Part shown: piece after piece, positions 56,729 to 64,000 of the stretch
Position numbering within the stretch: the first letter of the stretch is position 1
Layout: the number at the start of each line of letters is the position of its first letter
NCBI GenBank assembly: GCA_964609085.1
Contig: CAZSRZ010000001.1
Span: 658-64,657 of the forward strand
Reading direction: 5' to 3'
Origin: an uncultured bacterium
GTDB lineage: Bacteria; Armatimonadota; SYMT01
DNA: 64,000 bases
The notes under the pieces: model-generated
The model's input: the letters and a program-made list of their open reading frames with translations, nothing else
Told to the model about the DNA's origin: nothing
Database searches by the model: none
Made by a program: the position numbers and the translations under genes

Positions 56729-57931
56729 ATGTCGAGGCCCCGTGTCGTTCTCACCCGCTGCCCTGCGGCCACAACCGATGCCGAGATCACCCGGCGGACA
56801 GAGGCCGCGATCCACGATCTTGGTGGTCTCGCGTCACGGCTCGCCGGGAAGCGGAAGCTGGTTCTGAAACCGAACATCGGTATCGACCGCGTGCGGCTCA
56901 CGGACGGAAGGCAAACCGAGCTGACCGAACCGGCGGTCGTGGAGGGCGTCATTCGTGCGGTCCGTGCGGTGAGCGATGCCGAGATCCTCATCGGTGACGC
57001 TCCAACAGACGACAGCGCAGCACTGCTCTATCCCCGCCTGGGCTACCACGAAATGGCTGCGAGGTATCCCCGCGTACGGATGGTCGACTTCGGCGAGCCA
57101 CCGTTCGTCGAGGTCTCGGTGCCGGGGACCCCGATGCAGTTCTCGCGGTACCTGCTGCACAGGGAGCTCGCGAACGTCGACGCCTGTATCACCGTGGCCA
57201 AAATGAAGGCCCATCGCAGCTTGGGTTGCACTCTCTGCATGAAGAACCTGTTCGGCCTCACTCCCTGGCGGGTATATGGTCAACCGCGGGTCTACTTGCA
57301 CGACCGGCTGATCCGCCTGGCTAGAGTCCAGGTGGATCTGGCGGCGCTGTTCAAGCCCATCCTCTGCGTGGTCGACGGCATCATGACAGCCAATCACGGC
57401 GAGTGGCACGGCACGCCGATCGAAACGGGCGTGCTCCTGGCAGGCGACAACGTCGTCAGCACCGACGCAGTGGGGATGACCGTGATGGGGTTCGACCCGC
57501 TCGGGGACTATCCGAATCACCCCCACTGGTACCGGCGCAACAGCATCCGGTTGGCTCACGACGCTGGCCTCGGAACCGCAAACCCTGCGGAGATCACCAT
57601 CGAGGGCGACGACCCCAGCACGCTTCGACAGCCCTTCGCCGTGGAGCCCTACGGTGAAGGTGCGACGGCGCGCGAGGCCGAGCTCGCGGCGGGACGACGA
57701 AGCGTCGAGGCATACCTGGCGCACCGCGATCGGCTCATCGAACGCTACGCAGGCCGATACCTCGCCTACCGGGACGGGGAGCTTCTCTGGGACGCCCCAG
57801 ACATGGCCTCACTCCAGCGCCTTGAGAAGGAGCGGACCACGGACTGGCGGGATGCACCACACTGGACGATCCTCGTTCGGCCGATCGAGGAAGAGGTCGA
57901 GCGGCTGGATGTTTATGCCTCGGGGGGATAG
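56729..57931 (+). CDS. DUF362 domain-containing protein
   Basis: Internal Met MSRPRVVLTR. DUF362-like blocks (LKPNIG, ITVAKMKAH...LCMKNLFGL). No ferredoxin Cys cluster seen at the N-terminus. Confidence 0.6.
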   Translation: MSRPRVVLTRCPAATTDAEITRRTEAAIHDLGGLASRLAGKRKLVLKPNIGIDRVRLTDGRQTELTEPAVVEGVIRAVRAVSDAEILIGDAPTDDSAALLYPRLGYHEMAARYPRVRMVDFGEPPFVEVSVPGTPMQFSRYLLHRELANVDACITVAKMKAHRSLGCTLCMKNLFGLTPWRVYGQPRVYLHDRLIRLARVQVDLAALFKPILCVVDGIMTANHGEWHGTPIETGVLLAGDNVVSTDAVGMTVMGFDPLGDYPNHPHWYRRNSIRLAHDAGLGTANPAEITIEGDDPSTLRQPFAVEPYGEGATAREAELAAGRRSVEAYLAHRDRLIERYAGRYLAYRDGELLWDAPDMASLQRLEKERTTDWRDAPHWTILVRPIEEEVERLDVYASGG

Positions 57932-57988
57932 AACCGAGCGAGGGGGTGAACGAACACCCCGGAGCCCGAACGGGAGCGATGGGTACCG

Positions 57989-58618
57989 ATGAGCACGATC
58001 AAGACTCTGGTTTTCGCCGGGGGCGCAATCCATGACTTCCACAGCGTCGGCGTCGCGGCGTGCGAAACGCTGCAGCACGCCGGCGGATTCGACGTCACCT
58101 ATGTGGAAGAGGACCTGGACATCCTCACGAAGCTCGACCCATACGAATTGCTGGTGTTTCACTACACGATCGGAACCATCACCGATGCACAGCAATCCGG
58201 ACTTTTTCGCTGGGTCGCGGCCGGCAATGGCTATGCGGGGATTCACTCCGCGGCGGACAGCTTTCGAGACTCCCCGGCCTATCGGGCATTCGTAGGCGGT
58301 CACTTCACGACGCACCCGAAGTACCGTGACTATCAGGTGAGCGTCGTGGACCCCACCCACCCGATCACCGAAGGGATCGATGAGTTCTTCGTCCGGGACG
58401 AGCAGTACATCCTCGATTACGACCCCAGGGTGACGGTGCTGGCATCCGCTCTCTGGAAGGGAGCCGCGATGCCGGTCGTCTGGACCACGAGTTGGGGAAA
58501 GGGGCGCGTCTTCTACCTGGCTCTGGGCCACGACGGACCGGCTTGCGCGGCGGATCACTTCCGTCTGCTGCTCGCCCGTGGTGCCCGGTGGGCGGGAACC
58601 CGACCCACCGATGGTTGA
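57989..58618 (+). CDS. ThuA-like (type-1 glutamine-amidotransferase-like fold) protein
   Basis: 209 aa. Blocks (LVFAGG..HDF, YAGIHSAADSF, FVGGHFTTHP, GKGRVFYLALGHD) characteristic of the ThuA domain. Confidence 0.7.
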   Translation: MSTIKTLVFAGGAIHDFHSVGVAACETLQHAGGFDVTYVEEDLDILTKLDPYELLVFHYTIGTITDAQQSGLFRWVAAGNGYAGIHSAADSFRDSPAYRAFVGGHFTTHPKYRDYQVSVVDPTHPITEGIDEFFVRDEQYILDYDPRVTVLASALWKGAAMPVVWTTSWGKGRVFYLALGHDGPACAADHFRLLLARGARWAGTRPTDG

Positions 58619-59213
58619 GTCCCCCCCTGCTGCCGTGGCCACGGCCGGAACTCGATCCACCAGAGGCTGCGGCGTGGTGGCCGCTGTGGTGTTTGCCATC
58701 TATATGTGGGGTCTGTTCATCGGCTTTCACAACCACGTGCTGGAAATCCGGGTCGGTGACCCGGACCTCTCCATGAGCAGCACCGCGGGTGCCGTGGTCC
58801 GCATCTACTACCTGAAGACCCCCTACAAGGTGTCCGTCCCCGGCCAACCCGCGCCGAAACCCGACATCTCCCTCTGGTACTCGAGCACGAGCCAGTTCAT
58901 GGCGACCCGCGAGGACAAGATCCCCGTGCAACCTGTGTTCGTCGGCGGCTGGGGGGTTCGGGTGCACAGGCAGGTCTACGCCACCAGCTCACGGAATGCC
59001 ACGGCACGATTCATCATCAACCGTCGCCCGTTCGAGCTCAGTGGTTACACCCTCCGGAGCGGCGGGACCACCTGGACCCTGAAGCAGGGGGAGACGCTGC
59101 AGGTGAATCTGGCCCAGGTGCCGGCCTTGCTCCCCATCGACAACACACCGCCTGGTACCCCCACCCCCGAGTTGGCGCCGGTCGGACCAGACGCTTCGGG
59201 CAAGACGGAGTAG
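58611..59213 (+). CDS. Hypothetical membrane-anchored protein
   Basis: ATG overlaps the ThuA stop (ATGGTTGA). A single N-terminal hydrophobic anchor followed by a Thr/Pro-rich region. No motif recognised. Confidence 0.45.
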   Translation: MVESPPAAVATAGTRSTRGCGVVAAVVFAIYMWGLFIGFHNHVLEIRVGDPDLSMSSTAGAVVRIYYLKTPYKVSVPGQPAPKPDISLWYSSTSQFMATREDKIPVQPVFVGGWGVRVHRQVYATSSRNATARFIINRRPFELSGYTLRSGGTTWTLKQGETLQVNLAQVPALLPIDNTPPGTPTPELAPVGPDASGKTE

Positions 59214-59225
59214 GGACTGACCGGG

Positions 59226-60341
59226 TTATCGTCGGCCAAGCAACCGACGATACAGGTCCTCATAGCGTTGCGCCATCGCGGAGAAAGTGAAGTCGCGGAG
59301 GCAGCGTGCCCTGGCTGCCGCGGCGAGATGAAATCGCAGGCCGGGATCCCGGCAGAGCCGCTCCAGGCGGCGAACCAACGCCGGCCGATCGTTCACCGGA
59401 AAGAAGAGGGCTTCAGTCTCATCCGCGAGCACTTCCGGTATCCCGCCCACCGGCGTGGTGGCGATGGGACACCCGAGCGCCATTGCCTCCAGGATCGAAA
59501 GCGGCAGCCCCTCATCCTCCGAGCTGAAGGCAAAGATGTCGGACGCCGCCACCAGGTCCGGGATGTCCCGACGATACCCGAGCAGCATCAGGGCATCCGC
59601 GCCGAGACCGAGCTCGGCCGCCCGGGCCTCCAGTGCTCCGCGCTCCGGCCCGTCCCCGGCCAGGACCAAAGTCAGGGGGGTCCCGCGATCCCGCAGTTCC
59701 GCCACTGCGGAGAGCAGGCACGCGTGCCCCTTCCCCGGTGCCAGCCTCCCCACCATGATCGCCACCATTCGATCCTCGGGGAGAGAGAGCGCCATGCGGA
59801 CGGTGGCTCGGTCGCTGGCGACTGCCGGGACGGTGACGCCGTTGTGAATCACGCACACCTTGCCGTCCAACTCGGGGCAGGCGAGGTTTGCCGCGGTGCG
59901 ACCGGAGACTCCCACCGCGGCATCCAGAGCGAGCAATTCGGCCCGGGTGGCCTGGCGTGCCTGGCGATTGGCGTTGTGGTCGGTCATCACCACCTTCGCC
60001 CCCGCGAGCCGCTTCCCGAGCATGGCGTAGTGCAGCGATGTCGGGTTGTGCGCGTTGACGACCTGCGGGTGGAGTCCGCTCATGACGAGGGCCCCGCGGA
60101 GGTAGCGGGAATACCTGCTGCGACCACCGAGGACGACGTGAGGCACTCCCGAAGCCCGAGCCGTCTCTTCCAGCGGGCCCCCAGAGAGGGCCACGACCGT
60201 TGCGCGATGCCCCTCAGCGATCTGGACGGCTGCCAGGCGGATGACGAACTGCTCCATCCCGCCGACGCAGAGGCTGCTGACCGTGTGCACGATGCGAAGG
60301 GATCCGCCGGGCTTCGCAAATGCCGCTTTCGAAGGAGTCAC
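59226..60341 (-). CDS. Glycosyltransferase family 1 (GT4-type, GT-B fold)
   Basis: N-terminal GGME-like block (VGGMEQFV). C-terminal E-x7-E region (SSEDEGLPLSILEAMALGCP). Confidence 0.85.
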   Translation of the reverse strand: MTPSKAAFAKPGGSLRIVHTVSSLCVGGMEQFVIRLAAVQIAEGHRATVVALSGGPLEETARASGVPHVVLGGRSRYSRYLRGALVMSGLHPQVVNAHNPTSLHYAMLGKRLAGAKVVMTDHNANRQARQATRAELLALDAAVGVSGRTAANLACPELDGKVCVIHNGVTVPAVASDRATVRMALSLPEDRMVAIMVGRLAPGKGHACLLSAVAELRDRGTPLTLVLAGDGPERGALEARAAELGLGADALMLLGYRRDIPDLVAASDIFAFSSEDEGLPLSILEAMALGCPIATTPVGGIPEVLADETEALFFPVNDRPALVRRLERLCRDPGLRFHLAAAARARCLRDFTFSAMAQRYEDLYRRLLGRR

Positions 60342-60427
60342 GCGCGCAGTCTAACACGGCCGCCCGTAACGGCACACGGCGGCTCCGCCGGGTCACGCGG
60401 TAGGCGACAGGGCCCGGAAGCGAGAAC

Positions 60428-60454
60428 GGGGCGCCGGCAAGTTGCCGTCGCCCC
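60428..60454. terminator. GC-rich hairpin downstream of minus-strand gene 60481..61158
   Basis: 11-bp stem GGGGCGCCGGC/GCCGTCGCCCC (one mismatch) with a 5-nt loop, 27 nt past the stop of the upstream minus-strand gene. No U-tract. Confidence 0.3.
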
Positions 60455-60480
60455 GTCAGGATTCCCGTACAGGGGTTTGC

Positions 60481-61158
60481 CTACTTCTTCGGCGCAGCCG
60501 GTCGTCCGCCGGAACCAAGGGCACCGGCTCCTCCGACTTTCGCATCCATCACCTGGATCTTCATGCCCTTGGGAACGGTGAAGCTGGAGGCGGCGAGCTT
60601 GATGCCTGTCTCGACCTTCGTCGCCTCGACGCTGATCGACTGCAGTTGGGCGTTGGTGGCCTGAAACTTCAGCGGAATGCCCTGCCAACTCCAGACCTTG
60701 CCGGAATCGGAGACCTGCCGAACGATGCAGGGACGCCCGAGCACTTTTTCGTTGCCGATCGGCCGGCCACCCATCCCCACGGCCTGCGGCGACGGCATGC
60801 CCAGCAACCCGGTCCCGCCTGCGGCCGGGTCCTTGGGAACCTGCATGCGGTGGACGACGTTGCCCATCATTCCAGGCTGATAGATGAACAGGTTCTTGCC
60901 GTCGGAGATAATCCACCCCTTCTGCACGACGGATTTCTCCCCCATGCGAAAGGTCAGCGTCGTCTCCTGTCGGGTTCGCTTGCCTCCGTCCACCCAGCTC
61001 AGGACCTGCGTGCCGTTGAGCATCGGCGACTCGATCTTGTAGGCAATCCGGCCCGTCTGGGACGGATACTTCATCTGGGCCCAGGCATCCCATCCGGTCG
61101 ACGCGGCCAGCATCAGCGCGGCGCTCCCCACCAGAGCCCTCTTCAGGACTAACTTCAT
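60481..61158 (-). CDS. Hypothetical secreted protein (possibly DUF4412-like)
   Basis: Signal peptide (MKLVLKRALVGSAALMLAASTGWDAWAQ). Lys-containing, non-low-complexity composition. It is preferred over the overlapping Arg-rich frame 60338..61093. Confidence 0.55.
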   Translation of the reverse strand: MKLVLKRALVGSAALMLAASTGWDAWAQMKYPSQTGRIAYKIESPMLNGTQVLSWVDGGKRTRQETTLTFRMGEKSVVQKGWIISDGKNLFIYQPGMMGNVVHRMQVPKDPAAGGTGLLGMPSPQAVGMGGRPIGNEKVLGRPCIVRQVSDSGKVWSWQGIPLKFQATNAQLQSISVEATKVETGIKLAASSFTVPKGMKIQVMDAKVGGAGALGSGGRPAAPKK

Positions 61159-61281
61159 CGATTCTCTCCCACGCTCTGCCGCGCTGTGCTCACGCCGCTA
61201 ATAGCCGTATCCCATGCTGTTACGCTCCCACTCAGAACGCAAGTTCCCGCTGCATAGTAACGGCACACGCCGCCGGCCCCG

Positions 61282-62436
61282 ATGATCTACCTCGACCACG
61301 CCGCGACCACGCCGATCGACCCCCGCGTGCTGGAGGCGATGCTACCGTATCTCGGTGAGCGATTCGGCAATCCCGGCGGACTGTATGCGACCGGTCGCGT
61401 GGCCCGGGACGCGATGGAAGATGCGCGCGAGATGGCGGCAGTCTTCCTCGGCTGCCGTCCCCAGGAAATCATCTTCACCAGCGGGGGAAGCGAGGCCGAT
61501 AACCTGGCCCTGCGCGGGGTCATCCAGGCGTCCCCTCGGCATACCGGGCTCCACCTCATCACCTCGAGCATAGAACATCATGCAGTCCTGCGCACGGCCG
61601 AGGCGCTCTCGCTCACCGGGGTGGACGTCACCTTCCTCGTGCCGGATCGGTATGGCGTCGTGCACCCGGAGCAGGTTCGGACCGCTCTGCGGCCGGAGAC
61701 CGTCCTCGTCAGCGTCATGCACGGCAACAACGAGGTGGGGGCGCTCCAGCCAGTGGCGGAGATCGGCGCGCTGTGCCGCGAGCGCGGCGTCCTCTTCCAC
61801 ACCGACGCGGTGCAGACGGCCGGGTGCGTCCCAATCAACGTCCGCCGGATGCCGTGCGATCTTCTCTCCCTCTCCGGTCATAAACTGTACGGCCCAAAGG
61901 GGATAGGTCTGCTCTATCGACGAATGGGGATCCCACTCCAGCCGCAGATCACGGGCGGGGATCAAGAACACGCGCTCCGTGCGGGCACGGAGAACGTCGC
62001 CGGCATTATCGGGCTGGGAAAAGCCCTGGAACTGGCTCAGGCGGTGATGAACGACGAAGCGTCCCGCGTGTCTGAGTTGCGCGACCGAATCATCACGGGC
62101 GTGCTGGCGGGCATCCCAACCGCGGAACTCACCGGACCGATAGCAGATCGGCTGCCAAATCACGCCAGCTTCGTGTTCGAGGGGATTGAGGGTGAGCCAC
62201 TGCTTCTCAACCTGGATCGCCTCGAGATTTGTGCGTCCAGCGGCGCCGCGTGTGCCTCGGGCTCCATCGAGCCGAGCCATGTGTTGCTTGCCATGGGCAT
62301 GTCGCCTTCGAGAGCGCGCGGCGCCCTCCGTCTCACCCTGGGACGGGGCACCACGGCGGCGGAGATCGACCAGGTAGTACGAGACTTGCCCGGATTGGTT
62401 GACAGCCTGCGTTCGCTGGGGATACCGCGCCTGTAA
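61282..62436 (+). CDS. Cysteine desulfurase (NifS/IscS class V aminotransferase)
   Basis: MIYLDHAATTP start. PLP-lysine block SGHKLYGPKGIG. Catalytic Cys loop SSGAACASGS. Confidence 0.9.
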   Translation: MIYLDHAATTPIDPRVLEAMLPYLGERFGNPGGLYATGRVARDAMEDAREMAAVFLGCRPQEIIFTSGGSEADNLALRGVIQASPRHTGLHLITSSIEHHAVLRTAEALSLTGVDVTFLVPDRYGVVHPEQVRTALRPETVLVSVMHGNNEVGALQPVAEIGALCRERGVLFHTDAVQTAGCVPINVRRMPCDLLSLSGHKLYGPKGIGLLYRRMGIPLQPQITGGDQEHALRAGTENVAGIIGLGKALELAQAVMNDEASRVSELRDRIITGVLAGIPTAELTGPIADRLPNHASFVFEGIEGEPLLLNLDRLEICASSGAACASGSIEPSHVLLAMGMSPSRARGALRLTLGRGTTAAEIDQVVRDLPGLVDSLRSLGIPRL

Positions 62437-62487
62437 CACGGGCGCGGTTCCGTTGCGTTTTGGGGCGAGCCAGCCTTTGCCCCTCCC

Positions 62488-63540
62488 TCAGCGTCGACTG
62501 TAGATCCACCTGACCAGGCTGGAGAACTTATCCGGGTCGATCCGACAACCACCGTTGCTGGACGCGGTCTCCCAACTGTTGGTCGCGAAGATGTAGCGTC
62601 GGCTGCGCTCGATGGCATAGATGGGCGCCCCGGCCGTGCCCCCTTCGGTGTCGATGCGGTGGTAGACCTGTCTCCGTGTGCTGCCGTTGATTCGGCCATA
62701 GTCATAGTACTGCCCGAAGCCGTCCTCGATGTCGGTGGGGTAGCCGGACAGGTTGCCGGTGAAGCCGTTCACGTTCCGATAAGCGCTGAAGCCGAGCCAA
62801 CCGCAGTCGCGGCCGATCGGGTAGTCGAGGGTGACCAGGGCCATGTCCCAGTCGAAGCCGCCCGTATCGGTCCACCCGCGGAAGGTGCGCAGGTTGATGC
62901 CGTACGCACCACCGTAAGGGGCATAGTCGCCATCGAGGCCAGGGTAGACCTCCATCTCCGTCGCCCAGCCACCCTCGGCGTAGTCGTATACCACCTGGCC
63001 CCCAGTGAGCATGTAGCTTCGGTCCACCATCGCGCCCGTTGCCACGTAAGTGTTTCCGCTGGGGTAGGTGACAAAGATCTTGCAGACCGTGCTGTAGGGA
63101 TAGATGGTCGTGTCATTGATCCGCCGGCGCAGGTCAGCTCCGAACACCGCCTGCGGCCGGGTCGAGGGATCCTCTTCACGCCCGCCCACTCCCACCCGCC
63201 CCTCGCCTATGCGGTCGCGTGCTCCCCGGCTGACCGGGGCAGGGCTGACCGCGACTCGGCGAGAGCGCAGGTTGCGCTCCACCGTCTGCGCGGCTTGTTG
63301 GGGGGTGAGGCTCACCAGGCGCCGTGTTCCGAGACCTTCGTGCCTCGGCAGCGCCGGCACGGCCCGGTAACCCGGGGGTAGTTGGGCGCGAGCGTCGGTG
63401 CGGGCAAGCGGACCCCCCGGGGACGCCGTATCGCTGCCGGCGAGAGCCGGCAGGGAGAGCGCCGCGGCGAGAGCCGCGGCGGCCAACGTCCGCAACATCC
63501 GTCGCTGAACTGAAGCTACCAGTGTAGATGTGTGTCCCAT
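62488..63540 (-). CDS. Secreted trypsin-like (S1 family, glutamyl-endopeptidase-like) serine peptidase
   Basis: Signal peptide. GWDMALV (catalytic-Asp-region-like) and TEGGTAGAPI (GxSGxP-like serine block, here GTAGAP). Assignment is moderately confident. Confidence 0.55.
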   Translation of the reverse strand: MGHTSTLVASVQRRMLRTLAAAALAAALSLPALAGSDTASPGGPLARTDARAQLPPGYRAVPALPRHEGLGTRRLVSLTPQQAAQTVERNLRSRRVAVSPAPVSRGARDRIGEGRVGVGGREEDPSTRPQAVFGADLRRRINDTTIYPYSTVCKIFVTYPSGNTYVATGAMVDRSYMLTGGQVVYDYAEGGWATEMEVYPGLDGDYAPYGGAYGINLRTFRGWTDTGGFDWDMALVTLDYPIGRDCGWLGFSAYRNVNGFTGNLSGYPTDIEDGFGQYYDYGRINGSTRRQVYHRIDTEGGTAGAPIYAIERSRRYIFATNSWETASSNGGCRIDPDKFSSLVRWIYSRR

Positions 63541-63583
63541 CGTTCTTCCTCCCAGCCGCCTCCGGTCGCACCCAGATCTGCGA

Positions 63584-64000
63584 TCAGACCGCATGCACCC
63601 CGGCATCCACCATCAGATTGGTCGCGGTGATGTAGCTCGCGTCGCCCGAAGCCAGAAAGGCGATTGCCGCCGCGATCTCGGACGGATCCGCCGGTCTACC
63701 AAATAGCCCCGCGCTTGTCGCCCGAAGCTCCCCTTCCGTGCGCCCTTCCGCGGCTGCCCTCCGCAGATGAAACTCCGTGATGGTGAACCCGGGGCAAACG
63801 CTGTTGACGCGGATCCCGTCCGGGGCCAGTTCAACGGCCAACGATCTCGCGAGGCCTAGAATGCCCGCCTTGGTGGCGTCGTAAATGGGCATCCCGGATC
63901 GGCCGACGAGGGCGTGCACCGAACCGACCAGCACCATTGCTCCTCGGGTACCGCAGACGCGTATCGCCGTCGCGCCTGCACGGCAAACCTCGGCTGTGCC
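63584..64000 (-). CDS. SDR family oxidoreductase, C-terminal part (5' end lies beyond the window)
   Basis: YDATKAG (YxxxK catalytic motif) and the PGFTITE block. The frame appears to remain open towards the window end. Confidence 0.7.
   Translation of the reverse strand, partial: GTAEVCRAGATAIRVCGTRGAMVLVGSVHALVGRSGMPIYDATKAGILGLARSLAVELAPDGIRVNSVCPGFTITEFHLRRAAAEGRTEGELRATSAGLFGRPADPSEIAAAIAFLASGDASYITATNLMVDAGVHAV

Noticed and set aside
59268-60581. 437-aa plus-strand ORF antisense to the GT1 glycosyltransferase, and 60338..61093 (-), an alternative frame to the secreted hypothetical
   Set aside because: Arg-rich junk translations. The GT1 frame has the E-x7-E motif. For the secreted protein, the frame with a signal peptide and balanced composition was preferred.
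61342-62439. 365-aa minus-strand ORF antisense to the cysteine desulfurase gene
   Set aside because: Antisense to a gene with the PLP-lysine and catalytic Cys loop clearly present.

Overview
This is a GC-rich, densely coded chromosomal segment from a diderm (Gram-negative-type) bacterium. The GC content was judged by eye (roughly two-thirds G+C) and was not computed. Both strands carry coding sequence throughout. The diderm call rests on lpxD, an Omp85/BamA-like barrel, skp and a TamB-like giant protein. I support about 58 protein-coding genes and one tRNA-Asn(GTT). I saw no rRNA, CRISPR array, transposase, integrase or phage genes, so this looks like core genome rather than a mobile island.

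Recognisable content:
- Housekeeping enzymes: uracil-DNA glycosylase family 4, HIT protein, kynureninase, MoaA, Mfd, PlsC, MurB, LpxD, leucyl/phenylalanyl-tRNA-protein transferase, cysteine desulfurase, and an A-type Fe-S carrier.
- Two two-component systems.
- A group-3 sigma factor and an ECF sigma factor.
- Several secreted alpha/beta-hydrolases.
- An outer-membrane biogenesis cluster, in 5'-to-3' order on the minus strand: tamB, ECF sigma, bamA-like, skp, lipoprotein, lpxD, murB.

Most notable candidates:
1. A six-gene minus-strand operon (15390..22783): SMP-30-like protein, a membrane-anchored multiheme cytochrome c with a TPR tail, a CRTAC1/ASPIC-UnbV lipoprotein, an OmpR-type response regulator, a CusS-like sensor kinase, and an HMA-like lipoprotein. 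I read it as a candidate metal-responsive extracytoplasmic redox module of unknown function.
2. An in-frame fusion of an MBL-fold hydrolase domain to a complete phosphopantetheine adenylyltransferase (CoaD) (27160..28407).
3. A tightly coupled DSD1-like PLP enzyme, LarA-like racemase and SDR operon with no larBCE genes nearby (52546..55700).
4. A half-length (4-TM) TauE/SafE-like protein attached to a DesK/NarL-type two-component system (13139..15408).

Many long ORFs in the six-frame track are shadow ORFs on the opposite strand or in alternative frames of real genes, which is typical at this GC content. I rejected these. All functional calls come from reading motifs and family resemblance in the translations. 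No database search was run.
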